Source: Camelus dromedarius
Taxonomy: Eukaryota
Length of the DNA stretch: 64,000 nucleotides
Assembly (NCBI RefSeq): GCF_036321535.1
Contig: NC_087436.1
Coordinates: forward strand, 5,208,001-5,272,000
Direction: 5' to 3'
The first letter of the stretch is position 1, and every line of letters starts with the position of its first letter. The notes below the pieces were generated by a model that had not been told where the DNA came from, did no database searches, and was given only the letters and a program-made list of their open reading frames with translations. The translations under genes were made by a program, and so were the position numbers. Shown piece after piece: positions 51,247 to 64,000 of this stretch.

Positions 51247-54200
51247 AAAAAGCAGGTACACATCAATTATACACATGCATGCCTACAAAGCCATAAGTAT
51301 GCACTCATTTCTTTAACTACCTTAGAGGGTCCAGCCCTCAGTCAAGAAAAAAAGAAGAAAAGGAAAGGAAAGAAAAAAAAAAAAAAAAAAAGAAACCAGT
51401 TCAGCTCTTTAAGGAGGATAAGAATGTGTCCTTGGCAATACAGCCTCATATTCCAGGACCAGGAGACTATCTGGCATCGTTACCGCGATTCTTCAGTTTT
51501 CCGGTTGGCGCCTCATTACTGCTGTGGGACACATGGTAAATCAGAAGTCAGCGCCAGCACCGCTCCACACAGGCTCAGACAGCCCTGGGGCAATGGCGGA
51601 GTTTCTGGGAGGTACTGCTGAGCAGCTCAGGGAGGTTAACAGTCCACTCGGGACATGTGGTTAATACCATGTTATCATTACAAATTTAAGACCCCATGTG
51701 GCCAGTGGCCCCTAGGGTCCTACTTTGCCCTAGTGGGTTTGCCATCAGTGAGACCGCTATCTCTGGAAGGCTGGGTGTGCTCATTCTCAGGTTTATCTCT
51801 GGCAACAAAGAGAAAAAGGAAGCATCAGAGATGAACCAGGGGCTGGGAGGGGCACATGTCCCTGGGCAAATGCCACAGAACTTTACAGTCTACTCTGCAG
51901 AAGGCAGACCTTCTTCCCTTAACTTTTTTCAGTGATGGACAGGACTGATGGAAGCTGTCCTCCTGGCGAGTGTCGGGGGGCGAGGCAGGCAGGGAGGGAT
52001 GTCATTTAGCCAGACACAGTCAGAGTTTAAAACACTCTGCAAGGCTTAAAGGCAAAATCACTCATCGAGTTTTCGCTCCTCACGTCTTGGGGAGATAGTG
52101 GAGAATGAGTGTGCCCTGAATGGGAGGACAGGTGGATCTGTGGACTCAAGACAGGATAACTCAGGGAACAGCAGATACGCCATCAAAGTAAACCAAAACC
52201 CGAAAGATTCAAAGCTAAAAGTCATGGATCGACAGTTGCTCCGGAAAGCGATCCGGCAAGATTAACATCACCAGGTCACACTTATCAGGCAAGGCAGGAG
52301 CCCACGGCCGTGTTCTCTGGTTTCTTCCAGCCCGGGCTGCTGTCTCCTAAGCGTTAAACAAACTAGAACAAGGTCCCCTGTGCTGTTTCCCCACGGGTCC
52401 CTGGGTCCTGCAGCCCGGCCTGGGTACGCTTAGGTACCAATAGAGACATGGAGAGCTACTCAGCAGAGGCCAGGAGAGTGTGAGTCTCTGGCCACCAAGG
52501 TCCACAGGGACAATGTAGCAAGCTATTTCGACAACTATCTGAAAATGCACTGACTCCGACTCTGATGATGTGACCACGAATACCTTTTCCACAAAGTCCC
52601 TCAGGTGCAGTTTCCAGCCTTGGTCACAGCGCATCTCCGGGGGCAGGGCCCTTCTCGGTCTAGAGGATGGACTTACGGTTCTTTTTTCATCTCCAGGTTC
52701 ACAAACATGATACACACTTACATGTAGACACATGAGCATTGGGGAATCTGCTGTTAGTTAAGCTGGGGTGACTGTGTTGTAAGATCAGGTCCGCATTCAA
52801 CTACTTACTGAGAAACTACAGTGGGGCTAGAACTGAGCCATGCTATACGTGTGCTGCGTTTTTGTATTTACATACTTCATTTCATCCACACAACTCTTTG
52901 GGTCACACAACCAGCTAACTCACGACATGGTAAAAACAGAAAAAGACAACCCCTAGTGTCGGCATAGACACCTTTTAGTTTTCATGTCTTATTCCATGGT
53001 ATGGTGCTAGATAGCTATTCACAGAATATGAAGACACTAGTTCATTTAAAATACAAATATCTTCTCAGTTCCAAGTTTATTTTTGTCACAGGTTTGGGAT
53101 AGATAAAACCTTTGCTGTGATACGAGAACTACCATTATGTTTTATGGTAAAATTGAACTGTTTCATATTTAAATATTTGAGAACATTAGATGTGCTAAAA
53201 CCCAAACTGAAAGTAGGGACTGAATAACTCTGTGAAAGGGTAGCCATGGCTCCCAAGGCCATTTTAGACTTAAAAAAATATTACACTCATAAATTTTGTG
53301 AAGCAGGGCACCGTGAAAGTGTGTTAAACAGATTCTTAGTGGCTTTATTCAAAGAAATAATCACAGTACCAAAGTGTCTTTAAATAAGTTCATTCTTTTC
53401 TACTATTGACACATTTCTAGATGAAATTACCAAATTTTATTAAATTTAAATAAAAAACGTTAAATTAAGAAAAATTCTGGAAATTAACAAAGGAAATGGT
53501 AGCGAATCTATCCTGGGAAAAATATTTTATAATGGAATAGATACAGATATGGTAAACAATCTACATAAGGAAACTGGTCAAGATACACCATGTAAACTCA
53601 CTGTATATAGTTTAGAGATGTCTCCTTTAACTTCAGTTGTACCCCCATAAATGAGTCTGTTACTAAATAAATAAATAATCATTTTCAAACTTCAGTTTAC
53701 ACTCTGTGGCTTCTTTTCAGCTGTATCTCAAATAATACTTAAATTTCATAATTGAATCAGCTGTTAAATAACATCCCACAGAACTGAATTTGGGCAATCA
53801 AAAAGGGAGATTTCTGCATAACATTACAATAGAATATAACGCGTTGAGTTAAATACTGCTTGTTTGTCTCATGAATCCCTAGCCTGCTGTGTGCATTGTT
53901 TTCGTGCCCAATTAGAACACACATATTAACGCATGTAACCCACACTACTGCTCCCAGCATGTCTGCTGATTTGCTAAACTTGTCAAAATCATTAAAGGTG
54001 TCCATGTTATATCGTTTCAAATAGCGATATTGATCATATTTTAAAAGTATAGTAGATGACAGCATATTTATAGAAGTACTTCTGAATGACCATTTTCAGC
54101 AGAATGTGACAAAAAACAGCAAACAGGTTTTCAGTATTTTAGTTGTAGTGCAACAAATAGACACAAATGTTTGAAATGATATAGAAAATACAGGGTACGA

Positions 54201-54769
54201 GCAATTGCAACACAACCAAAAATACAGTAACAATTATAATCAGTGAAAATAGACAGGTTTCTTAAATTTCCGTGAGAAATTTCAAAAGATGCCTTTTGGG
54301 GGCACAAAGGCCACAAATTATTATTTAAACAGGATAAATATTAAGATAAGTAGGAAAACTGAGATAACTACTTTTTAAAGTGTATTTTACTAAAACAGTG
54401 ATTTGAAATGAAGATTAAGTTTACCTTTCTCCAGAAAAAGATAAAAAGAAACATGTTACATGCATATTTGTAAACAACACGTCTAAGAAAACCCAACTTT
54501 TGGTGGGTACAGAACGGAATGACGTCGCCTTAACGGGGGAAAAAGGTAAAACATCCCATAAGACCATGGACGTTGAGGGCAATCCAGAGACTAAAGATCC
54601 ACCGTGACAAAATTGAAGTTATTTGTGATAACTAATAGCGACATTTACTAAAAAAATACATGAAGTGAGGGAAAGATTTTTGGTTCTTGGTTTTCCTAAT
54701 TCTCTGGTTTAACGGGCGGGAGGAGTAACCAACTGATCGGGATCAACAGAATCTCTGAGGGACTCTTAC

Positions 54770-54950
54770 CGGCACCACGATGCTGTAGTGGATGCAGAAC
54801 CCCGGTTCCGAAGGGAAATACTCGTCAGATACAAATCGTATCCTGATTTGATTTCCTTTAGAAATCTGTTTTCCAGGCACACTGCCAGAACCGCACCAGC
54901 GCCCTAATACACTCCCATCACTTGGCTCCTCCACTTCCACAAAATCGTAC
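54770..54950 (-). CDS. PDGFC: PDGFC coding exon 3 (C-terminal half of CUB domain), 181 bp
   Basis: Translates (K)YDFVEVEEPSDGSVLGRWCGSGSVPGKQISKGNQIRIRFVSDEYFPSEPGFCIHYSIVVP, the PDGF-C CUB domain. Acceptor tctcttgcag|G and donor CCG|gtaaga; phase 0 into exon 4. Confidence 0.97.
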
Positions 54951-55299
54951 CTGCAAGAGACGAAGACAAAAGAGACATAAAGCCACGATTTCAGTGATTC
55001 ATGTTCCACGTCCACGGACGGCGCCATGGATCCATCTAGGGACCACGGCTGGGAGTTCACCCCAAATTCAGAGTCAGAGACTCCAAAGAAGAGACACACT
55101 GAAAATGCATTTACAAGCAAAGAACCACGAGCTTTCTATTTTCCATATGGATTTTGAGTTTTGCTCCAATCCCTTTTTTTTTTTTTTTTCATTTCAGTTA
55201 TTGTGCTTTTCAGCCCCAGCATTTCTTTTCGGTTTCTTTTTATGTGTTCCATCTCTTTATTGATATTTCCATTTTGCTTATACAACATATTCTTGAGCA

Positions 55300-55445
55300 T
55301 CTCTTTTATTTGTATGTGTGTGGGGGGAGGTAATTAGGTTTGTTTGTTTATCTATATTATTTTTTTCACAGAGGCACTGGGGAAGGAACCCAGGACCTCG
55401 TGCGTGCTAAGCACACACTTTACCACTGGGCTATGCCCTCCCCCT
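55300..55445 (-). mobile_element. Vic-1-like SINE
   Basis: GGAGGTAATTAGGTTTG...GAACCCAGGACCTCGTGCGTGCTAAGCAC...CCACTGGGCTATGCCCTCCCCC. Confidence 0.88.
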
Positions 55446-55860
55446 GCTCCAATCTTAATTCTCATTATCACTGCCTATGACCTCCGACAGTACCTTCCGC
55501 ACCTGGTCAGACTCTGCTTCCCCTTCCTCATCTGTGTTCCAAGCCTGTCTAGGGCCACCTGTTACAGACACAGCCTCCAAGTCTCCCTCTGTCCTATGCA
55601 GAGACCCTGTGAGTGAGACCCTCCTGGGTGCCCTCAGCCTGGTGCTGCCATCTTTCTTTTTTTGATAAACACACAACTTCAATATTAACCACATCTCTGC
55701 AGGTGGTCCAACTTGGTTGCTAGGCTGCCAAGCCCTGGAAGGAATGAGCCAGTTCCTACATTCTTCTGTTTTACACCGTGCTATACTCAGTATCTTAAAC
55801 CCAAGGATTGAGTGACACTATTTTGCTAGCAAGTGTTAACTAGGGTTTGAAAGTTTCCAG

Positions 55861-56579
55861 CAGTGGCACTCATGGAGAGCAGCGCTGCCCCTGAAGACAA
55901 TGTTTCAGACACATGTCAAGGCATTTTGGGTTGTCCCAGTGGCTGGGGATGGAAGGGCCAGGCCAACAGACATCCAACAATGCCAAGTCCCGAAAACGGG
56001 TGTCTGGCCCCGTGGCCTCCAGGCCTTTCCAACAGCTCTCTGGACATTCATGTAGGTGACATGGCTGCTCTTTACTGGAGTCTGGAACCTAATACTGTCT
56101 CACCTAGAAACACAAAGACGTTTTGCGGGTTTAGTTTAAGCCAATCTTTCTAGAAATTCAACTATCAAATAAATCGAAGGAAGTTTCTATACTTTGGAAC
56201 CTCACCAAGAGTTATGATTTTGGAAAATCACATGACTGCCTGGAACACTGCTTACACTATTTGCATCAAATGAAAACAATTAAACATTTCCATATTAGTC
56301 TATTTCTACAGCTGTCATACTCACAATGAGTCTGCTACTTAAGGGACATAAACATCTGACTTGTAACTGTGCATGTGTATTTATGTACTTAAATACATTA
56401 TTTTGCTATCAATTACTGTTATTATTTCAGCTTTCCATAGCATTTAAACCATTATATTTACTTTTTAAACAGCTGCACATATAAATAGATGATCACTGTT
56501 ATGAGCTGCATTTCAGAATACTACAGAGGACATTGCAAAACTTTTCTTAAGGGAGGTCTGACACGGATGAAAACCACTG
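55861..56579. mobile_element. hAT-Charlie (MER3/Charlie5-like) DNA transposon relic
   Basis: Terminal inverted CAGTGG...CCACTG; internal GGCATTTTGGGTTGTCCCAGTGGCTGGGG and GACATTCATGTAGGTGA motifs. Confidence 0.6.
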
Positions 56580-56689
56580 GTCAATTTCTTCAGAAGTCTA
56601 AATTCAGTAGATACTGGACAACTAAAAGTAATACATATTGAGCAGTTGTGAATTTACAGAAGAAAAAAAAAACTGTTGAAAAAGGACAA

Positions 56690-56851
56690 GGTAGCACAGG
56701 GAACTATGTGCAATAGCTTATAATAACCTTTACTGGAAAAAAATATGAAAAAGAATATATGTATGTATGTGCATGACTGGGACATTGTGTTATACACCAG
56801 AAATTGACACATTGTAACTGACGGTACTTCCATTAAAAAAAAAAAAGAAAA
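56690..56851 (+). mobile_element. Short LINE-1 3' end with TSD
   Basis: L1 tail plus poly(A); TSD GAAAAAGGACA at 56679-56689 and 56852-56862. Confidence 0.88.
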
Positions 56852-58062
56852 GAAAAAGGACACAGTGTATAACAAACCAATTATACTTATGAACTTCTTT
56901 CCTAAAGAATTAAGCAGAGCACTCTCATGGCATACAGTGCAGCCTGTTTCAGCCTCATTTTCCTCTTTCTTAAACTGAGGCTAATGCGACCTAGTGTACA
57001 GGGGTGTTTCAAGAAAGGTACCTGGGACAGCACTGGTACCCAGTGGCCACTCGGTGAAGTCTGTCCCTCATCTCTGCCCTGCATCCCCTGCCCCCAGCCA
57101 CACCTACCTTTTAATATAACCTTGGGAGTTGAAAGGAATAAATAAGAAAACTCAGGTACAAAAGGAAGAGAGTGTTCCCGCTCCATCATGTGACAAGTCC
57201 GGGTCACAAATGATGAAAGCACACGCCAGCCGGTATAACCATTCTGGGCGCTCTGCTGGATGTGGGGGGGGGACCCGGCAGAGGTGGGGGCGGGGTGAGG
57301 GGAGGGGGCGAAGCAGACTGAGTGGTTATTTCAGACGCACCTGGTACAAGAGTTACAGCTAGAATCTCACATCAAAGGGTGATTTTTAGATCACGATGGT
57401 TTCCACGTGGAACAAAGCTTCCGTCAAAGTACCTGCTTGTTCTGTGCTGGGAGGTAACCTGTGGGATACAGGCCACCACCATGACCAGCCGGAGGACAAC
57501 CTGGTCAGTCGTTCCATGAGGACGCAGGAAGCACTGCCTTGGCATTAAGTGCTGTGTGACATGTCTCAGGGTGAAACCACAGCTTTATGGGCTCAGGGTT
57601 CCTAAAACACTGCAGGGAGAGCTCACATGTGAGGATGCGGGGAACCGTGTGGGACGCTGGCGGGTGAGGGTGATTCCACACGGTGGGACTCAGGTCAGCT
57701 CACGGAGGGACACGGGGGCTGTCACTGAGGACTGCCTGACCGGGGTTGGGCAGGGGAAATGGAAATGCATTCCAGCCAGAAAGACAATAATTACAATGCA
57801 ACAGAAGAAACAAGGGGCCGGGCATGGGTGATCCTGAACAGAGGATGAGAAACCAAGAGGTGGATGGAGGTCAGGAGGGAAAAACAAACAGGTGCGGGTG
57901 AGAAGGCCTGGGGATGTCAGAGCCAGGCACTGTGATACTGTTTTGTGGACTGATGTCCCAAACAGGTAAGCACCGTTCTAATGGGATCTACCCATCTTGA
58001 AAACATTGAAGTCAGCATTGGTGAAGGTCGCATTTCACAGGAAAAATTGAAATTCAGTCTTT

Positions 58063-58208
58063 GTCTTTAAAATTTTTTTCCTTCTTGGGGGGTAGTGGTA
58101 GTTAGGTTTATTTATTTATTTGATTTTACAGGAGGTATTGAGGATGGAACCTGGGACCTCAGGCATGCTAGATGTGCTCTCTACCATTGAGCTTTACCCT
58201 CATCCCTT
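58063..58208 (-). mobile_element. Vic-1-like SINE (older copy)
   Basis: Antisense A/B box remnants; TTCAGTCTTT repeated at 58053-58062 and 58213-58222. Confidence 0.82.
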
Positions 58209-60784
58209 GGATTTCAGTCTTTTTTTTAAAAGCAAATTTGAATCCTCGGCAATGCTAAATGTTATTAGGCCTAATGTGCCTCCCTGAGGGCTCGGGGCTC
58301 TGGGATGGGCATCAGCCCCAGGGGAGGCAGTGTCTTTGTTTAATTCTCTGCCTCACCCTGGCACGTGGAGGGTTTGCTGCACCAGATCAGGGTGGCTGGT
58401 CCCCACTCCTTCACGGAAACTGCAGCTGGGCCAAGGGGAAAGGCCTTTCGATGGGATGTCCTCTTCCTGGTTTTTAAAAATCCTGGTCTCCTTTCTATGT
58501 TGGTGGGTTTTTTTTTGGGGGGGGGTTGTTTGTTTTGTTTGTTTTTAATGCCCAGATCTTCATTTATTTCCATCCCTGGCCCACACAGGCACCTGAGTGC
58601 ATAGGAGGCCCAGTGTGACGGTTTCGATGAGGGAGCAACAGAGACTTCGGATCAGAACATGTCTGAGGAGTGCCCGGAAACAGCAGTATCTCTGCTGTGG
58701 GTGGAGAGAAAAGGCCTTGTGACAGAAACACCCAGAAACAGGAGGGAAACCGCTGCGAGGAAGGGCACGGCACTGAGAGGGGAGGGAAGGAGGGCGTCCA
58801 GGGGGCGGAAGCGGCCGCAGCTGTTCACGCCAAGGAGCCGTCAAAGGCAGTGAAACCAAGCAGGACCCACCGGACTCGGCATGACTTCACAATAGTCACT
58901 TTCGATAAACTGGTTGGGCGAACATGGAACATCCAAAATTCTCTCCAGCCCATTTTCCAAATAACTATTTACAATCTTTCCTAACAACTCACGTCACTAT
59001 TTTACTATCTATAATTTCCCTTCCATCTCTGTTGAAAAAGAAACACCATTATGTGTTAATCTGATCTGTAAGCGCTTTAAAAGTTAAGCAGTTTTTAAGC
59101 ACACTCAGGAATATCTGGATTAAAAATGTTAAGAATGCATTAAGGAATAACTAAGTTTTATACTTTGCCTTATTTAACTTTTATCCTGATGCAAAAATCA
59201 CTATCCTGCAAACAAAGGAAAGACAAATACATTATTACTTTTTTTTTGTCATGAAGATTTTCCACTGAATTTGATGCCATTAAAAAAAAAGTACCCTAAT
59301 CTTTATAACAATTTCTGGATTTGCAGTTAGATAGCTGGTAATTAATTCTCACATGCTCACACAAGCCTGGTGCATTCATTTATCAAAGTGTTTTAAAGAT
59401 CTACATAGTTTCACATTCCATGGAGTTAAGTGAAATGAATGTCTAAAAAAGTCCTGTTTTTTGCCTTTAAAACAGCAGAACTTAAAGTTATGTGACTAAT
59501 TCTTTCATTGTAAATTAGGCGTTTTAAGATTTTTTTTTCAGACGTGGTGTCACATGACACTGTAATTCTAAATTTCATCCCATTATTTTACCATTAATTT
59601 GATGAATCAAAACAGTAAATCCTCTTGCTAAAGGGTATGATTACAAAAAACAGTGTTCTGTTACTTAAATCACAGTCAAGTCGTGTAAGATAGAACCAGA
59701 GAAGATGTACCTGGAAAGGGTTCCATGCCTCATGGTCGCTATCAAATCTCCAAAATAGAAAACAAAACCAAACAAAAATATTGCCACTGGATTCCCTGTT
59801 TTCTTCCAACTTGCCTTAGTTGGAAAAAGACTCATGTATTGAATCCACTCATCTCCAATAATTTGAATTTTCGAATACGCTGGCTGGTTGATCGACCAGG
59901 ACTTGGCTCAGAACATCAAGAAGACGACGAGGGAGGACAGTGATGAAGGATGGTCTGGGCTCCGGCAAGGGAACGGGAGGAGAGGACACCAAATGACACT
60001 TGACCCGTAAAAGTGAAATTACGAATCAGAGTCATCTGCAGAGTCAGGACTCTGCACACGCCCAGGTGACTTTCTGGAGACACAGCAATCCCTGTGAGGC
60101 CCCCTCGGGTATCAAGTTCCAAGGTGCGCAGGTGCCCACATCAGTTACTTCAGGGATTTACTAAACCTCTTTTACGAGCCAATCAAACGTCACTTTCTCA
60201 GGGCGAACCTGATACAGAGCACACAACACTGAGTGCTTTGTGCTCACTCCCAGTCTCCAGCATAGCCCTGGGGCCCGCGGAGGATTTATGTTCTTTTATG
60301 TTTAACAAACAAGTCTGGGATTGTAGACTAAATCTTCCTTCTCCCGTGGGAATTTAAAAACTGTGAAGATAAGAGGAACCAAAGAAAGAAATTCACTGGT
60401 AAACATAATTGTCCCACACCCAGCCTGTCCTTCAACAGGAGTAAACCAGCCCAGCCAAGCAGGTGGTTTCTGGTTCCTACTAACTAAAACCCTGTCGATG
60501 AAATCCACCGCGTGACTTGTGGACGCTGATGGTCCTGTGAAACTCTGCCAACAGATACACGTGGGGCCGAGGAGACTCCTCGCCCTCCTAGTGTCCCCTG
60601 GAGCCCGGGCTTGCTGGGACGGTAATGACATGAGTGAGAGGACAACCACCTGACCGTGCTGGCTGCTTTACACTTCAGTCATCAGAATGCGACTCAGACG
60701 CGGAGGAAGATGTTCACATCCCTGTCTGGACACCAAAATGGTTACCCATGCTTTGCCTCATATTCAAAAATAAGTTTAAAAATA

Positions 60785-61005
60785 ATAATTACACATATTC
60801 ATTGCAGTTTATACATTAATTTGTTCAATCCTCACAAAAATCATGAAATGTCGACAGTATTATTGTGCCCATTTTCCAGATTATAAAATACAGAGAAGCT
60901 ACGTGCCCAGCCAAGGTCACACAGCAACCAAGTGTGAAGTCAGGGCTCCAGTTCTGCGGGCTGACCTCCAGAGCCCATGCTCTCAAAAGCGAAGCCACAC
61001 TGCCT
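60785..61005 (-). mobile_element. MIR fragment
   Basis: TTCAATCCTCACAAAAATCATGAA...TGCCCATTTTCCAGAT...CCAAGGTCACACAGC...CTGACCTCCAGAGCCCATGCTCT. Confidence 0.7.
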
Positions 61006-61439
61006 GTGGTATTTAAAATACTTCTATATACTTATACTTGCTCTGTTTTGAGGCCTAATTGTGTAGAATTTGTGTGTCTTTGTTCAGATTGGCCAAAACT
61101 TGTTCAGTGGCTGGAGAAACACTAAGGGTCATTCAGATTAAGTTGATCAGTCAACTGGATAATTTGGACATATAAGTTTTACAGATATTTATTTTAATTG
61201 ACTCAGCACTATGTAATATGGGGCACACTAAATCCTTTATGGAGAATTTGAAACCTACATAGGAAACGTGCAAGTCAAACCAATCAGCAAGGGAGACAGA
61301 AAAAGTCAGCATACGATGGAATAGTTCTCAGGAAAATACGAGAGTTCTACCTGCAAGAAATGGGAAGGTGTACGTGTGTGTGGTGGAGCTGTCCCTGGTA
61401 GGAAGGAGTAGCTTTAAATGATCTTATTACTAAATAAAA

Positions 61440-63600
61440 TACTGCAAATATATAAGCCATGAATTCCATCTACAAAGCTAGAAAAAATTTTAAAACAAAA
61501 CACGAGTATAAGGTGAAAACAAGTGAAGACAAAAGCTATAAAAGATATAATCAAATATAAAATTAGAATTCAGAAATAAAACCAAAAGCTGGTTCTCAGA
61601 GAAGAGGAAGGGGGAAGGGGGGAGAGGGGTAGGTAGGGGGAGGGAACCTAGAATTTAGATACATTGGGAATGAGGATATAATCACAGGTAAAAATGTATC
61701 AACATCTGTAAGTATGTTTTCAGTAACTTTATGCCAATTAAATCTGAAAAGCTAACAGAAATAGATGACTTACTAGGAAAACATAAATGATAAAGGTTGA
61801 CTAAAAAAGTAGAAAAAGTGAATAGACTAATAAGTGGAAGAAACTGAAAAGACTGTCAAACGGTTATCAATAAAAAAGCAGTGGCATGGGGTTTACAGAG
61901 GAGTTCTATTTGATTTTATAGGAACATATCATTTCAACTTTATATAAGCAATTGTAAAAAAACTGAAAATGGCAAATATTCACTCAATTAATTATAATAA
62001 TAAAAAAGCTAGCTTAAGTGAGCATAGGTAACAAAACTGCATCATATGCTTGAACACTGCTAAGAGAACAGATCGTAAATGTTCTCACCACAAAAAAGAA
62101 ACAGAAGTATGTGGTGCGATGGAGCTGCCTGCTAACACCACAGTGGGAACCCTACTGCAGTGTGTGAGTGTAGCAAGTCAGCGGGTGGCACCTCTTAAAT
62201 TTACACAATGTTCTATGTCAACGATGTCTCAAGAAAGCTGGAAAAGATAAAAATAAAAATTTCTAGTAAATGGAAAAAAAAGTATTGTATCCAAGTTCTT
62301 CGAAATGGCAGTATCAAACACGACAAATTAAGACCAATTTCCCTTCGAAATTGAGGGAAATACAAAACTTCTAAATAAAATGTAATCAAATATCATCAAT
62401 CAGTGGATTAAAAGAGAATACTTCTTGACAGCGTATGGATTTAGTTCACGAACTTGAGGATTAATGTAAGAATGACCTTTTAGAGTATTCAAGGGAGAAA
62501 AAATAGATGCTCTTATATTAACAAATGCTGAAAAAAAATGACAGAGTCAACTCCTTAGATAAAAACTGAGTAAACTGAAAAGCAAGAAACTGTCAGTAAA
62601 ATTGACACATTAAAAACTGTCATGGTAAAATTATGTAACAGACACTATGTGTAAGTATTTTATTAGGTAAAATCAAAGTCACTCTCATTAGAACAAAGAC
62701 AGGACTGGACATCCTCACCACTATTTTCAGCATTTGGGGGGCAGCGCTAGCTAATTTAATAAGAGAGGAAAGAAAATAAATGTTAACAGAAACAGAAGAG
62801 AAAAATGATCCTGAGTTGATCGCAGATTCCCTTAAGAGCAGACTGTGGTCGAGTAAGCACTGAGGCCGGAAGGGCTTGGGGGTAACCCAGCTGTGGGTGG
62901 TGCGGCTTGGAGGACGGTGGGGACGTGGATGTAAACAGCATCCACATTGTGAATATTCTGAAGGCAGATCTGATACGAGATCATGTGGGTGTGAACAAAA
63001 ACAGGTGTCAGAGACAATGTCAAGGTTTTGGTGTTAATAAACCATCTGGAACGAAAAGTAGAATTTAGTAAAGTGGATAAATATCAGATCAACATACAAG
63101 TATCAATAGCTTTTCTTTAGGACAGCAAAAAGAAGTTAGAAACTGAATAGGGAAAAATGTCTTTCAGCAGAATTATAAAAAAATGTCGAGTAATATAAAT
63201 AGACTCACGGACAGAGAGAACAAACTGTGGTTCCTGGGGGGGAAAGGGGCGGGCAGGGATGGATGAGGAGTTGGGGATTAACAGACACACACTACTGTAT
63301 ATAAAACAGATAAACAGCAAGGTCCTACTGTAGAGCTCAGGGAACTTTATTCAATTTCTTGTAATGAGCTGTAATGGAGAAGTAGCTGAAAAAACATATA
63401 GGTATATATATGTATAACTGAAATACTTTGTTGTACACATGAAACTAAAATTACACTTCAATAACAAAAAGAATAAAAATGTGTAGTAATAAATTTAACC
63501 AATAAAACATAAACACTATGAAGAAATGCCAATAGTGTTACTGAATGACAAAAAGGCATGTCTTACAATAATTTTGATCAAAATCCCAAGTCTTCTAAAA
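61440..63600 (+). mobile_element. Degraded old L1 ORF2 region with younger nested L1 3' ends (~62030-62260 and ~63195-63480)
   Basis: A-rich ORF2-like motifs (AAAACCAAAAGCTGGTTCT, AAAAGCTAACAGAAATAGATGACTTACTAGGAAAAC, GAATTTAGTAAAGT...ATCAACATACAA) interrupted by recognisable L1 3' UTR tails. Confidence 0.65.
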
Positions 63601-63629
63601 TATTTGTGCAAAAAAAAATCATCATAATA

Positions 63630-63835
63630 AAGCAAACAGTATGAAGTCCCTACTATGTGCCAGATAATTAGTATTGACTCATTCAATCTCCAAACACAGC
63701 CCCATCTGCAGGTCCCATCATGGGACCCATACTGCAGACAGGGAAACTGAGGTACAGGGAGGCGCCGGGACCAGTAACAGAGCTGGGGGGGACCCTTCAT
63801 CCCAGCTGCAGAGCCCGCATTCTTAACCATCACGC
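63630..63835 (-). mobile_element. MIR fragment
   Basis: CCCTACTATGTGCCAG...CCCATACTGCAGACAGGGAAACTGAGGTACAGGGAGG...CAGAGCCCGCATTCTTAACCA. Confidence 0.75.
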
Positions 63836-64000
63836 AGGACTGTCTCCAGCTGAACAGGACAAAACAGACTCTTTGAGTCCCAAACCCACTGTTGAGAATT
63901 CAGATTAAACTCCCCAGATTCCCTTCTTACAAAGGAGGATAATATTCATTAACTCTCTAGGCTGTTGTGAAGATTGAGAGACTGTATGTAAAGCACTTAG

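Noticed and set aside
54743..55120. ORF extending beyond exon 3 on both sides
   Set aside because: Only 54770-54950 is PDGF-C-like and bounded by canonical splice sites; the extensions are intronic read-through.
2201..58208. tRNA-like sequences (A/B boxes, AGC anticodon loop) at nine sites
   Set aside because: They have A-rich tails, the shared AAACCTAATTACC-like motif, often TSDs, and broken stems. They are SINEs, not tRNA genes.

Overview
Mammalian genomic DNA, not microbial. The repeat complement suggests a camelid (inference): tRNA-Ala-derived Vic-1-like SINEs and matching L1 3' ends, with no Alu, BovB/Bov-A, PRE-1 or Can-SINE recognised. The window holds the 3' part of PDGFC (platelet-derived growth factor C) on the minus strand. 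Coding exons 3-6 lie at 54950-54770, 20070-19863, 15247-15030 and 10527-10411; all are GT-AG and in frame with each other. About 1.4 kb of 3' UTR follows, ending near 8.98 kb, and exons 1-2 lie beyond the right edge. The rest is intron or downstream intergenic sequence with SINE, L1, L2, MIR, LTR and hAT relics; the other ORFs in the track look spurious. I found no convincing new biological system. The most unusual signals are: (1) sharply bounded GC/CpG-rich patches over exon 5 (GC3 69/73), the proximal 3' UTR and ancient L2 relics, suggesting GC-biased gene conversion that may have changed the growth-factor domain; (2) a ~100-bp inverted duplication in intron 3; (3) a TSD-flanked chimeric retro-insertion made of an L1 piece plus an unrelated polyadenylated tail; (4) three SINEs stacked head-to-tail at one target site; (5) two solo ERV LTRs with CCAAT arrays pointing antisense to PDGFC. 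Repeat family names and comparisons with human PDGFC are from recall and need confirmation by alignment.
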